A stretch of 64,000 nucleotides of DNA from Lama glama (taxonomy: Eukaryota): positions 102,116,001 through 102,180,000 of the forward strand of contig CM052817.1 in NCBI GenBank assembly GCA_028534125.1. The letters are read 5' to 3'. Numbering within the stretch: position 1 is the first letter of the stretch; the number at the start of each line of letters is the position of its first letter. The notes beneath the pieces are model-generated. The model did not search any database and was not told the origin of the DNA. It saw nothing but the letters and a program-made list of their open reading frames with translations. Shown here in pieces: positions 13,561 through 26,671 of this stretch. Position numbers and translations under genes: made by a program.

Positions 13561-14321
13561 ATGAGATACATGATGTTATTCATATGCATATTAGAAGTGC
13601 TAATACATATATTCATTGACATGAATCATTTATACTGTATATTAGTCTAAAATGAGATAAAATAGCATATATAAATTATTCAACAGTGTAAAATTGGTTT
13701 GTTCCATTCACTGAGGTTCATGGAAAAGTATTTTTTCAAAGATCAAATCAGTTATCTCTGCAAGATATAAGATTTTTTGTTTATTATTTTTGTTTTTCTT
13801 AAATTGTGTATATATGCTACAAGTATGTATCATTTTATCATCAGGGTAAAAGGCAATAAAACAATTCTCATTTTGGAGCAAAATGGGTGGTACACAGAAA
13901 GCGTGGCTTGGTTATAGAATTTTTAGCAGAGAGTGACAGCTTCCAAAAGCTAGTCTCAAAGCTCTTTTTACAAGACCCTAAAACAGCTTCTTTTCATCAG
14001 AAGCAGTCTCTCAAGCATTACTCTAGCTTCAATTCATATTTTATATGTACTCTGACATATGCTGAAAATTGGCTTCCTCACTCTTTTTTTTTTTTAGTGA
14101 ATAAGATGTGGCCTTCTCAAGACTGCCATGCTAATGTTAACGTTCCTCTGCCAGTAATTTTATGTCTCTGATCTAGAGAGCGATGTCACAAAATTATCTT
14201 CTAGGGTAGAAGTTCCTTAAGACCTTGATCTCCGGAGTAAGACTAGATCTGAAGTGCTTCATTGGTCTTCATACCTGGGAACTCTTTGTCTAATTCCAAA
14301 CTCTAGACCTGAAAGAAAGGC

Positions 14322-14639
14322 TTTTCTTTTTTTTTAAACATTTTTTTGTTGAGTTATAGTCATTTTACAATGTTGTGTCAAATTCCAATGTAGAGCACAA
14401 TTTTTCAGTTATACGTGAACATACATACATTCATTGTCACAGTCTCTTTCGCTGTGAGCCATCACAAGATCCTGTATATATCTCCCTGTGCTACACAGTA
14501 CAATCTTGTTTATCTATTCTACATTTTGAAATCCTGGTCCCTTCCCACCTGCCATCCTTCTGGCAACCACAAGTTTGTATTCTATGTCTATGAGTCTGTT
14601 TCTGTTTTGGGGTTTTTTTTTTTATTTTCTGTTTTTCTA

Positions 14640-14677
<38 letters not shown>

Positions 14678-16009
14678 GGTTTTTTTTTTTTTTTAGATTC
14701 CACATATGAGCAACCTCATATGGTATTTTTCTTTCTCTTTCTGCCTTACTTCACTTAGAATGACATTCTCCAGGAGCACCCATGTTGCTGCAAATGGTGT
14801 TACGTTGTCAGTTTTTATGGCTGAACAGTATTCCATTTTATAAATACATGACATCTTCTTTATCCAGTCATCTGCTGATGGACATTTAGGCTGTTTCCAT
14901 GTCTTGGCTATTGTAAATAGTGCTGCTATGAACATTGGGGTGCAGGTGTCATCCTGAAGTAGATTTCCTTCTGGGTATAAGCCCAGGAGTGGGATTCCTG
15001 GGTCATATGGTAAGTCTATTCCTAGTCTTTTGAGGAATCTCCATACTGTTTTCCGCAGTGGCTGCTCCAAACCGCATTCCCACCAGCAGTATAGCCTCTC
15101 CAGCATTTGTCACTTATGGACTTTTGAATGATGGCCATTCTGACTGGTGTGAGGTGATACCTGATTGAAGTTTTGATTTGCATTTCTCTGATAATTAGTG
15201 ACATTGAGAATTTTTTCATGTGCCTATTGATCATTTGTATTTCTTCCTTGGAGAATTGCTTGTTTAGATCTTCTGCCCATTTTTGGATTGGGTTGTTTGT
15301 TTTTTTCTTATTAAGTCATATGAGTTGCTTATATAGTGTGGAGATCAAGCCTTTGTCAGTTTCATTTGCAAAAATTTTCTCCCATTTCGTAGGTTGTCTT
15401 TTTGTTTTACTTATGATTTTCTTTTTCTTTGCTGTGCAGAAGCTTGTAAGTTCCATTAGGTCCCATTTGTTTACTCTTGCTTTTATTTCTATTGCTTGGG
15501 TAGACTGCCCTAGAAGAGCATTTTTGAGGTGTATGTCAGACAATGTTTTGCCTATATTTTCTTCTAGGAGGTTTATTGTGTCTTGTCTTATGTTTAAGTC
15601 TGTGATCCATTTTCAGTCTATTTTTGTGTATGGTGTAAGGGAGTGTTCTAGCTTCATTGCTTTATATGCTGCTGTCCAGTTTTCCCAGCATTATTTGCTG
15701 AAGAGACTATCTTTATTCCATTGTATATTCTTGCCTCCTTTGTCGAAGACGAGTTGACCAGAAGTTTGTGGGTTCATTTCTGGGCTCTCTGTTCTTTTCC
15801 ATTGGTCCATATGTCTGTTTTTGTACCAATACCATGCTGTCTTGATGGCTGTAGCTCTGTAGTATTGTCTGAAGTCTGGGAGAATTATTCCTCCAGCCTC
15901 TTTCTTTTTCTTCAGTAATACTTTGGAAGTTCTAGGTCTTTGATGGTTCCATATAAATTTTATTATGATTTGTTCTAGTTCTGTGAAACATGTCCTGGGT
16001 AATTTGATA
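14322..16009 (-). mobile_element. Younger camelid-type L1: ORF2 C-terminus, 3'UTR and poly(A); runs into the gap
   Basis: Minus-strand ORF pieces [10 protein letters not shown]...[22 protein letters not shown] and [24 protein letters not shown]...CTPMFIAALFTIAKTWKQPKCPS. T-run at about 14322-14348; internal (GT)n at 14643-14674. Confidence 0.95.
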
Positions 16010-16509
16010 NNNNNNNNNNNNNNNNNNNNNNNNNNNNNNNNNNNNNNNNNNNNNNNNNNNNNNNNNNNNNNNNNNNNNNNNNNNNNNNNNNNNNNNNNNN
16101 NNNNNNNNNNNNNNNNNNNNNNNNNNNNNNNNNNNNNNNNNNNNNNNNNNNNNNNNNNNNNNNNNNNNNNNNNNNNNNNNNNNNNNNNNNNNNNNNNNNN
16201 NNNNNNNNNNNNNNNNNNNNNNNNNNNNNNNNNNNNNNNNNNNNNNNNNNNNNNNNNNNNNNNNNNNNNNNNNNNNNNNNNNNNNNNNNNNNNNNNNNNN
16301 NNNNNNNNNNNNNNNNNNNNNNNNNNNNNNNNNNNNNNNNNNNNNNNNNNNNNNNNNNNNNNNNNNNNNNNNNNNNNNNNNNNNNNNNNNNNNNNNNNNN
16401 NNNNNNNNNNNNNNNNNNNNNNNNNNNNNNNNNNNNNNNNNNNNNNNNNNNNNNNNNNNNNNNNNNNNNNNNNNNNNNNNNNNNNNNNNNNNNNNNNNNN
16501 NNNNNNNNN
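16010..16509. other. Assembly gap (500 N)
   Basis: Exactly 500 N, the same length as the second gap, so probably a placeholder size. Confidence 0.99.
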
Positions 16510-16707
16510 GCTCACTTGCACTTCATGCAAGTTCCTTTCAATCATTTCGGTGCTCTTTTCTTAACGAACAAGAATCTAGCTATAGATATAGTGCTCAGTG
16601 TAAATGGCTTTACACTTTAATAAAAGGTGAAATACTGTCCTCTGGACTTCACAGACAACTTCAATTACAAATTTCCATCTTGCTAGTCTTAAAAAGTAAA
16701 TTTTCCC

Positions 16708-16965
16708 AAGGGAGCGGGGGGGGGGTGGTGGAAAGGAACAGACTGGGATTTCAAAATTTGTAGATACTGACAGGCATATGCAGAATAGATAAACCAGATT
16801 ATACTGTATAGCACAGGGAGATATATACAAGATCTTGTGGTAGTCACAGTGAAAAAAGGGACAATGAATATATGTATGTTCATGTATAACTGAAAAATTG
16901 TGCTCTACACTGGAATTTGACACAACATTGTTAAATGACTATAACTCAATAAAAAACGTTTTTAA
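16708..16965 (+). mobile_element. L1 3'UTR tip with target-site duplication
   Basis: Same 3'UTR type as the 14322 element; flanked by aaaaagtaaattttc / aaaaagtaagttttc. Confidence 0.9.
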
Positions 16966-18405
16966 AAAAGTAAGTTTTCTTCTGCCATGGTCTACTAGGT
17001 ATAATACTGAATTGAGCGCTGGAAAAAGTGGAATACAATGCTAGTTTTATATGAGGATAAATATATATGTCTTCTTACTATGTCACTTGAAAGAGAAGGG
17101 GTATTTGGGACAATCTTCAGGCATTTCAATGATTTAGAGAAAAAAGTCTAATAAGATATCAATATATTTGAGATGGCATGACCGTAAGTCACCAGATGCT
17201 GTATTTGTTCCAGAAGATTATAAGGAGGAAGAAGCAATGTCTTAACTGAATTCTAAAAGAGCCACAGGATATTACTTTGAATTTATCTCACATTATTTAA
17301 GCGGAGAAGGGTGCAAAGTCTGGAGTGTGAAGATGTATTTGTGCAAACTCCAGTTATAAATAAAGATCTCATTTATCCTTAATAATATATGAGGAGGACT
17401 GAAGGGGAGTGGATTGTTACCTCAGGGATGAAAGTCTATGTAGAATAATAGAAATAATAAAATCTGAAAGTTTTAAAAAAGTCAGGAAGTATTGGATACA
17501 GAGGTAAAGCACATTAGAGAATAACTGTACTGATGTAGTAGGAAATTTTACATTTGAGTTTACATTTAAGCACGTGAAGACATTTTCTAGGTTTGACAAG
17601 TGATAGGAATTAAACATATATAATATATAATACAATATGCAATATATATAATGTATAACATATAATGACATCATATAATAAATGAGTGGATTTATTTCAA
17701 AAATAAAAGGTCCCAAAATGAAAAGATGCCATTCTCCATGAAAGTTCTGTGAAAGCAGAGGCCACACTGGTTTGATGCACCACTGGGCTGTCCCTTTGGC
17801 AAGCAGCACTATGCCCGGCCCCTAATTATGCTCACCACCTATTTGAGGACCAACAGAAGTAGAAGTAAGATGGTACTGTTCCCATTTTCACAATGTGGGA
17901 TGAGACAGACAGGAACAACAGATTCTAACAGTCTGGAATTTTCAGAAATTGTCTTGGTTGAAAAAAGAGATGATGTGATCATTATGAGATCAAAGTAATC
18001 ACTATAATTATTAAATAATCTTCTCTAGATATAAGAATCAAGAATTTTTTTCCTCCTCTTCTATAGCCAAGCTTCTTAGAAAAATGCTGTCCATTCTCTG
18101 CGGCTAGGTTGAAGCCAGTGCCATTCGAGTTATTCTTTCTACAGTCACCAATGAGCTTCTTGTTATAAAATCTACCGGCTGTGTTTAGTTCTCACCTGAC
18201 TTGTCTTCTATCTGACTTCAGATATTGCTGACTGGTGTTAAAAAAAAACACAGAAAGGAAGGAACAAAGAGAGAGAGGAAGGAGGGAGGAAGGAGTTCAT
18301 TCTATCTCCCTTCCGACTCACTGCCATCAGTTTCCACCCACATTGCATCTGACCAGCAGAAAATAGCAAAGTCACTTAGATGTCTTCCTTAGATATATGT
18401 TAGAC

Positions 18406-18618
18406 CAGTGGTTGGCAAAGTATAGCCTACTGGCCAAATCCAGCCTGCCCCGGGGTTTTGTAAAGCTCCATTGAAACACAGCCACACTCATTTCTTTGCA
18501 TATTATCCATTGCTGCTGCCTCATTCCAATATCAGAGCTGAGTGACAGAGACCGTATGGCTTGCAAAGTCCCCAAATTCACTACCTTGTCTTCCACAGAG
18601 AAAATTTTGCATAACCTG
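18406..18618 (+). mobile_element. MER58A-like hAT-Charlie MITE
   Basis: cagtggttggcaaa...ggccaaatccagcctgcc...aacacagccacactcatt...gacagagaccgtatggc...acagagaaaattttgc..cctg. Confidence 0.8.
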
Positions 18619-19197
18619 GTCCCCGAGTAAAGGTTGGAAAATGACAGGAGTTGAGGACAGAGAGGAAAGCTACAGTCATTTATTAAAGTGCCTGGTTGTT
18701 AAGCTGAAAGAGGAGAGAACTCTAGCCTCAAACCCATGAGGAATTAATAAAGAATTCTGACCAGGGAATGTGGTTTTCAGATTTACTTTTTATGAAGATC
18801 GTTTTTCGTTCCTCAACTGTACAATGCCCGTCCAACTCAAACATTTCTAAATAAAAATAGGATTGTGTCTGGATGACTGAATGAAGAAATAAACAAACAA
18901 ATGAGTTCTGAAGAGGGAAGGCAACTTGAAGTAGCCAGTTTCACAGAAGCTCCAGTTTCTCAGACCATATAGTCAAAAACATTTACTGAGCTCCAATGTC
19001 ATAGCTTGCGTTATCATAGGGACCAGAGATAAAAGCAAATAAAATATGTTCTGAACCCACGAGTTCACAGCTTAAAAGGCAGGCAGACAATTAAACAATC
19101 CTATAATCAAAATGCATGGATTAAATGAAATAGGACTGTATTTCAAAGTTTTAATAGTGACTGTCTTTGGGTGAGTGTGCCTTTTTGTTTGTTTGCT

Positions 19198-19292
19198 TAC
19201 TATTTAATTAATTCTAAGACATTTTCCCCCCGAAATTTAAACACTTCTGAAGTTAGATGCATCTTACAATTAATGTCATCTTAGATTCCATG
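19198..19292. mobile_element. MER104-like TcMar MITE fragment
   Basis: attctaagac...gatgcatcttacaattaatgtcatcttagattccatgaaata. Confidence 0.55.
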
Positions 19293-20949
19293 AAATAGAT
19301 GGAATACTGTCATGGCGGTGCTTCTCCACTGCTCCAAGAGTAGGCAGGTGGGTGCGGTTGTACATTCAGCGTGAGACAGTTGCCAGAAAAGCAGATGTGG
19401 AGTTTATTCAAGATAAATCCAGATACAGAATACATTTTTATCGGATAGAGAATAAGATTTCACTATAGAGTTGGACGTTTTTGTACAGCAATGTACTGCT
19501 GAGTTATTTTGTATTCGCCACGATTGGTCCAATGCATCACCGGGACTGAGTCATCCTCCCTGGTGGGGCAGCCTTCTCCCTTCCCCCTGCCCCCCGGGAC
19601 TAGGGGAGAGGTACGCTGGGGGGCAGATCTTTTTTCACTAACAATGGAGCTCTTGTTGGTGGCACCAAAGGCTGTAGCAGTTTTAATATCTTAGTTAAAA
19701 CGTAGTAGTTGTTTTTCCCTTTTAATACCAGAAAAAAACTCCTGTTAGAACCAGTGTGACTCATACACCATAAACATCCAGTGCTCTAATTCCTATGGGT
19801 TTTGAATGCCAAACGACACTGTAGGCGTACATTTTGAAAACTGCATTGTAGAATGCTAGAAAACATATGTTAACCTGGTATTAAGTAATGCTATGGCTTT
19901 TTTTAAAAATACATACTATAAAGTAAACCATTCATAAATTCCAATATGATGCCAGTTATGTTAAAATCCTGACTATGTCATTTTAATTCCCATACATAAT
20001 CCTTTTTCATTGTCTTAACCCAACTAGCAAAAAAAAAAATATTTAGGACAAATATGTTCAAAAGCACACCCAAATTCACATACATTTACATATCCACTTG
20101 TTTAACAGATCTGGTCTCTTTAAAGACACTGAGATTTCCAGTAAGCCAAAATTGTCTCCAAAACTTGTGAAGGGTCATGAGACTCAGAAGACGCTAATGT
20201 GTATCTCAAACACCCACAAATGCAAAGCCAGAAACCCAGCAATTTTGTATTTAAATTCTCCGGCAAACCATGATCTTTAGAATAATAAACTTGCAGTTCT
20301 AAGTAAGAGGCTGCAGACTATTCACGCCAAAAGAAAGTAACACTAACACTTGGCAACTTGACAGTAAAAACTGGAAAGCATATTTACGGTAATCATCTTT
20401 AGTTGATAAACAAAACGTTTTGAGAGAAATTCTTTTCTCCTTCAAATGTTAAAGAAAATTAGCCCTTTTAGCAGAGTGTATTCTAAAAAAATAAAGTTAA
20501 TAAAATAAAGTAAGGTCAAAGGGAGAAGCATTTTACAGACTTTTAATTATTGCTAAATCACACAACATCACTGATGGATTCAGTATGTCTGTGGACTTTG
20601 GGAAGCGGTTTCTGTGTTGCCCAGAGCCCTGTGTTACTCAGTATACGCCAGAGAACGCTCTCAGAGAACGTTGGAAATATTGGAAACACAAAGCTTATGT
20701 ATATTTTCTGTTGTTTCTATCACCTAAAAACCATACCGCCAGAAATGTGCTAAATAAATTAAGCCCCAGTTGGGACAAGCCAACTGTTAGCACACTCCAG
20801 CCCTGTTGCTAAGCATAGTAAGCAAACTCTTGGATCACACTGCCCCACTCTGGTCAAAAGAGAGAAAACTGGGTTAGCCCTTGAAAGTTTTCGTAGCATC
20901 ACATACAAATTCATGTAAAATGCATTTCATTAAAAGATGATGTTTTCCA

Positions 20950-21118
20950 CCTACTGTATATCACAGGGAACTATATTCAACTTCCCATAACAAGATATAA
21001 TGGAAAAGAATCTGAAAAGAAAAAATACATATGTATGCATGTGTATAACTGAATCACTTTGCAGTACACCTGAAACTAACACTATAAATCAAGTACACTT
21101 CAATAAAATTTTTTTAAG
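20950..21118 (+). mobile_element. L1 3'UTR tip with a perfect 17-bp TSD
   Basis: TSD aaagatgatgttttcca at 20933-20949 and 21119-21135. Confidence 0.92.
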
Positions 21119-21599
21119 AAAGATGATGTTTTCCAAAGGGCATATAGATGGCATATAATTTAGTTTAAAAGCTCAAGAGAAATGTATCTTTTACTTTTCT
21201 AATGAACAACCTAGGAAGAAAATGCTAGTGTTAATACTATTATTTCCATAGAAACATCTGTTACAGTTGTTGCAAGAAACGAACAAAATACTATACTGAT
21301 TATGTATTGCCACTTGCTATATACAAATGTGAATTTTAAAAGACTAGCTTATTAAACTATTTATGTTAATTCAGATGGGAATATTCAGCATATATTTGCT
21401 GTTAATGGCAAACACGTCACTGTAATTTTTATAATTATTTTGTTTAAAATTTTAAAAAGAATATTATTAAAGTTACTGAAACTTAAATGCCAAAAAGTCA
21501 TAGTGATATTGGAAAGCAATTGTAAGACATTTACAAATTTCTAGCCACAATAACTCAAAGTCATTTGTCTGGACATAGTGATTGATGTTATTAATGATA

Positions 21600-21870
21600 G
21601 TAATAATGTAAGTTAACATATTTTGACCATTAATTGGACCAGATGCTGGTCTCAGCTCTTCGTAGGCAATAACTCATTCATACGTACAACTACAAATCAG
21701 GCTGTATTACAATCCTCATTTTACCAAGAAGCAAAGAGAGGATCAGAGAGAACATACATTTCACCTTGAATACAGTTTGTTCAAGGTGAAACAGCTTAAG
21801 TGGTGATTCTAGGATTCAAACCCAGGCAGTCTGACACCAGCACCCTGTCTCCTCCTTTATGCTACATATA
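21600..21870 (-). mobile_element. MIR
   Basis: aatcctcattttacc...aggattcaaacccaggcagtctgac. Confidence 0.75.
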
Positions 21871-22204
21871 GAGGAAATAAAGAACCATTTACCTTCTTTT
21901 ACTCAATGATCTGTTACAGTCAGAAAAACAAAATATGGTATTTTGTACTTCTGTTTATTATCAAGATCAAATAAATAAATTGTATATTAATTATGTATCA
22001 CTCCACTAGAAATAATCATAAAAAGCAACATAAGCAAATGCTGTAAAAAGTACACATTATCTTTACATGCCTGTATGTTTTCATGTGTATGCTAGTTAAA
22101 GAAATATTAGAAGTTTGAGATAATTAGTAACTGTTTTCATTGTTCTGGTCAATTATGCCAATTTTTGTTTTTAGCATTCAATAGTTCCCATATTTTTGAG
22201 TTAC

Positions 22205-22444
22205 CTGAATCTCTGTCCACAGCTTCAACCCTTGTGACAAACTCTCCTGCATTTTGATTTTCTTTAACTGAAGCTTCATACAGGGGCTGCTTAAATACTG
22301 GTGCCTCGTCATTTACATCCAGGACCGTAACTGTCAAAGTCTGGGATGAAGAAAGTGTCGGGACTCCATCATCCACTGCCAGAAGGGTCAGAATGTGCTG
22401 GGTATTTAGCTCATAATCCAAGGGACAAGTTGTAGTTAGCAAAC
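22205..22444 (-). CDS. DCHS2: DCHS2 coding exon, 240 nt, phase 1-1
   Basis: Acceptor ctttcaaaatag|GT TTG CTA; donor GAT TCA G|gtaact. Translates (G)LLTTTCPLDYE...DVNDEAP...AVDRDS. Confidence 0.94.
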
Positions 22445-24075
22445 CTATTTTGAAAGAGAAGAAAAAGAATACATAATAAATATTCTTTGGAGAAGAATGC
22501 TTACTCTATTTAACGTCTAAGTCGCTAAAAATTCAGAAGCTTTTTCTGTTAAAGAATATTATTCAACCCACTTTAAATTGATATATTATCTAGAATAAAG
22601 GAGAACATTTTTAATCAGATGAGTCATCCTAATTTAAATTATAAGGATGAATAAGAATTCAGAAATAATTTATTATGTATCAGTGTCTACTGAGATGATT
22701 ACAACAGGATTATGTATCTACCCATTTACTTTAATTTTTTTAAATATCTAGGTTCCAACAGTATTCATCTTCATGTCAAATGACACTTCATGTGTAAAAG
22801 TAACAAAGTTACAAAAAGGTAAGTATGGCTACATTCTTTAAGAGATTCAGTTTTTGTTTAAGAGTTATAGTCTCTTTATACCACCCTCAACTAACTGTCT
22901 TTTTTATTAACAAAAAAGTAAATATTTTATAACTCACATAATAAATTTCACGAATAAAATGCCTCTACCCTACTGCCTTTTAAGGGTATAACTCATCCAA
23001 GCAATGTGTTTTAAAAAAGACTTGCACCCATATAGCTGATATAGAATTACAATTGTCAGGTTTTTTTTTTAGGATTGCTATTTGCTTCTCTAACACATGC
23101 TCTTCCTATAAAAACTTGTCTTCAAATAATTAAAGAGGTTTACAGAGTTTATAAAATGATTTTTCATTAACTGTTTACCATTTTACATTTCATAGCAAAA
23201 AGCCATTGAAAATCTCACTTGGTCTTCCTTATTAAAAAAATGAGCCTTGTAAGAGAAAAAGTAGCCCATTTCATATGAATGCATCCAGCAATTAGCATTT
23301 TGTATCTTTGAAAAGTACCTTAACTGAAACAGCCACGGCAATTACTCAAGATTCATGATACCTGTATTACCAGGACACAGCTCTCATTTTATCCATTCTC
23401 TTTCACAATCTGAAATAGACCTTCCTTAGCCATTTTGGAAAACATTTTAAGTATTGTTGAAACAAGTCCTCGGAGACCCCCGCTCTAACAGAAATCTGCA
23501 GTGGGGTCTGGACTATCTCTCTGTCAGCCAGGCTTTTAGATGGTGCTCACTTATGCCTCAGAATGGAGCCATATGTATAGGATTTAATAAATATTTTGAT
23601 GAAATTTTCCAACAGTATACAGCCAGACTGTAATCATGACTTCCAAATCCTACACATTCAGTCCCATTCCAAATACTGCTCTTACTAACAGTTGGGCCAA
23701 ACGGTATACATCTGAGACTTTTTTTCTAAGGCTCATGCAGACATGACTATTTTTTAGAGAATGTGATGGTAATCCATCTCTTCGATATCTTCTGCAAATC
23801 AGGCTGAAGGAGTTTCACTTCCAATGTCACAAGAATGACACTGTACCTATAAATATCCATCAAGCTACATCACGACCTTTGGTAGATGTTATCCAGCAAA
23901 ATGGTGACAGTAAGTCAAAGGAAGTGACAGTGAACGTCACTTCTGCAGAGTACCTGACAGTGAATACATGCTTCTACCAAAAAGAAAATCTCTCAATTGT
24001 AAGAAGTCAGGGCCTTAATGTCCAAATCAATCCAACCATTTAAAAACACATTATTTCCAACTATTTACAAGTGTA

Positions 24076-24238
24076 TTTTTTTTAAATTGAAGTATAGTCA
24101 GTGTACAATGTTGTATCAATTTCTGGTGTACAGCATCATAGTTCAGTCATATATATACATACATATATTCATTTTCATATTCTTTTTCATTGTAGGTAAC
24201 CACAAGATATTGAATATAGTTCCCTGTGCTCTACAGTG
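24076..24238 (-). mobile_element. L1 3'UTR tip
   Basis: ttttttaaattgaagtatagtcagtgtacaatgttg...gatattgaatatagttccctgtgct. Confidence 0.88.
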
Positions 24239-24593
24239 TAAAGATAAGTTTCCATATTAAAGTTGTTGAATAATGTGGTTGGCTAGTCATGTTCTACCTT
24301 GATTCACTTTTGGTACCACCTCCTACCCTGTGAAAGAAGTTTGCTACTGTATCTTCATCCTGGGACAGGTGAGCTAGCTACAAAGCAGGTCAATATTAAC
24401 AAACAGGTCAATTACTGTTGCTTCTCTGAATACAATCTCCGTGCCCATCATCTGCATAAGTTAAACAGTAAATCAAGTCAAATCTCCTTAAAGCAGATGC
24501 ATCTTGAGAGCTACCATTTTACATCAGAGGAAAATGAGAATAATAAATGAGCAAGTGACCCCAGGCTTTAGATGACAGTGATGTATACGGTAC

Positions 24594-25437
24594 CTGATGC
24601 CTCATCTAGCACAAAGGCCATGTTTTCATTTCCTGAGAGGATGCTGAACGTCACTCTTCCGTTCCTTCCTTCGTCTGGATCTTGAGCAGTTACGCGGTGC
24701 ACCAAGGAGCCCACGGGGGCATCCTCTCTGACAAGGGCGATGGGGAAAGATATAAAAGTGGGGCTGTGGTCATTTACATCCAGAATCACCACCTTTGCCG
24801 TCAGTGATCTCAGTCGCCGGTCTGTCACGTTCACAGCCTGATCGGATGCAGTCACTGTCAGGACGACAGCTGGAACACTCTCTCTGTCAAGGGGGGATGC
24901 AGTGACCAACGTGCCAAAAGAGGGGTGGATGAGAAACGGATTCGCTCCAGGGTGGTGGGCTTCGATGAAGTACTGTATTCTACTGTTCAGAAAACTCCCA
25001 TCGCCATCTTTGGCATTGAAGACGTGCACCAGGGTCCCGACGGGGGCATTCTCTTCCACGCTTATCACAATGAACTCCTCCTGGAAAGACGGCGAATGGT
25101 CGTTTTGATCTTCCACATCGACACTAAGGAAGACTGTGCTGTTCACAGGAGGGTTTTTGCTACAGTCTTTAGTTATCACCCTGAAAAGATAATGAGATGT
25201 CATTTCATAATCAAGTTCCTTAGAGAGGAATAAGTCTCCTGTCGAGCTGTTGATGTCAAAGTGGCCATCCTTGTCATTGGCAGCAATGCTGAAGTGTAAC
25301 TTTCCATTATGATGGTGTTGAAGGTGATCAGGTGACTTTACCAAGCTCATTACTTTCGTAGGCTTCAAGTTTTCTGGTAGAACTAAATGCCTAATATTCT
25401 GAGAAATGAGAGCTCCCCCTTTGGGTAGTGGTACCAC
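24594..25437 (-). CDS. DCHS2: DCHS2 coding exon, 844 nt, phase 0-1
   Basis: Acceptor ttcttatttcag|GTG GTA CCA; donor GCA TCA G|gtaccg. Motifs LDYE, DQNDHSP, AKDGDG, LDRE, DVNDHSP, AQDPDEG. Confidence 0.95.
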
Positions 25438-26513
25438 CTGAAATAAGAAGAAAAAGGAGCTATCAGTTTGGGGTATTGTTTAGTAGTTTAATCAATATTC
25501 TTTCACAAGCTAATTCTTTCCACTTGTGTGACAGACATATGTTAACTGGTGAGAAAATGTCTTTTTTATACCATGTGAGTCCAACACATCCCTGAAGATT
25601 GAAAATTGCATGCTATCTAGGAGATAAGAAAGCACAATGCTTCCCACTTCCCCATTTGCTATCATTTTCATGATGATAGTTTGGTGAGGCCAGGCTGTAG
25701 TTTGGCTGAACTGTAGCCTTGTGATTCTTCAGTGAGAATGTGGGATGGCTAGTCCTCCTAACCAGTCTAAGTCCTAGAGACCCGTGTGTCCTTAATGATG
25801 ACATCTTTTTACATTTAAGTGTCATGTGTCTTTGCTTATCTGAAACCAAAGATTTGAGGTATTATGAGAAAAATGTCCCCTAAGGCACATATCCTTAATC
25901 AATAAGGAATATAATTTAGAAACAGAACTCTTGGGGACATATATTCTTGATTAGCACACCTACCTATATTGATATTACTGACTATCATGTGGTTGAACAT
26001 AAAAAAACTTCCTATAATCAGTCATCTTGCTTTTGATGTAATTTTTTCCTGCTATGAAGACTTTCCACAGCTTGTTTACTCACTATGATTAAACTAAAGC
26101 CTTAAAATATGAATTTCAACTGACTTTTCTAATTTTAAAAATAATTACAAAATCTATGCGATTTATCATTGGCCATTCGTTTACATTCGAGTTTCTCCTG
26201 CAAATTTACCAGGTCCTTGCAATTAGGAAAAAGTAACAGAAAAGACACTTTTGGTTCTTCATAAACAAAGCAATATGAATGCCCACAGAGTGATGAAGGT
26301 GAAGATCTTGTTAGGAAGAGAAAAAATCATGTAAATCTAATCATTTCTCCAGTGATAATAAAATCACTTAGTATCATGCACACATGCATCTGCAATGCTC
26401 TCTAAAGAGAGTTCTCATATATTTAATGCATCTTCACTTTATACACTTGTATATAAAGCTTAAAAGAACCTCTTCAAAGTATCTTTTCACACTGTGCATG
26501 ATGTCGGTATTAC

Positions 26514-26671
26514 CTGAATATTAATAACTGCCTGTCCTTGAAGAGAAGGTACTCCCTGGTCACTGGCAACAACCGTCATCCTGTAGGAAGGTCTGTACTC
26601 ATGTGAAAGTATCGTAGCTGTTCTGATTTCACCACTGTTGGCATCAATCTTGAAGTGATCAGAACTATCTT
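26514..26671 (-). CDS. DCHS2: DCHS2 coding exon, 158 nt, phase 1-0
   Basis: Acceptor tgtgtatag|AA GAT AGT; donor ATT CAG|gtaata. Translates (E)DSSDHFKIDANSGEIRT...ASDQGVPSLQGQAVINIQ. Confidence 0.92.

Noticed and set aside
14275..14308. 34-nt minus-strand segment with good splice signals (ctttctttcag|...|gtatga), considered as the missing cadherin micro-exon
   Set aside because: Its length would shift the frame between two phase-1 junctions, and the peptide (LEFGIRQRVP) is not cadherin-like. At most a cryptic exon.
14322..14360. Sense-oriented L1 tails as premature poly(A) sites for DCHS2 (also 24076)
   Set aside because: On the sense strand the signals read AACAAA and AATTTA rather than AATAAA, so support is weak.
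15691..16564. Long ORFs of 199-284 aa (also 53565-54474)
   Set aside because: Artefacts of translating through N gaps; the real residues are L1 ORF2 or non-coding sequence.
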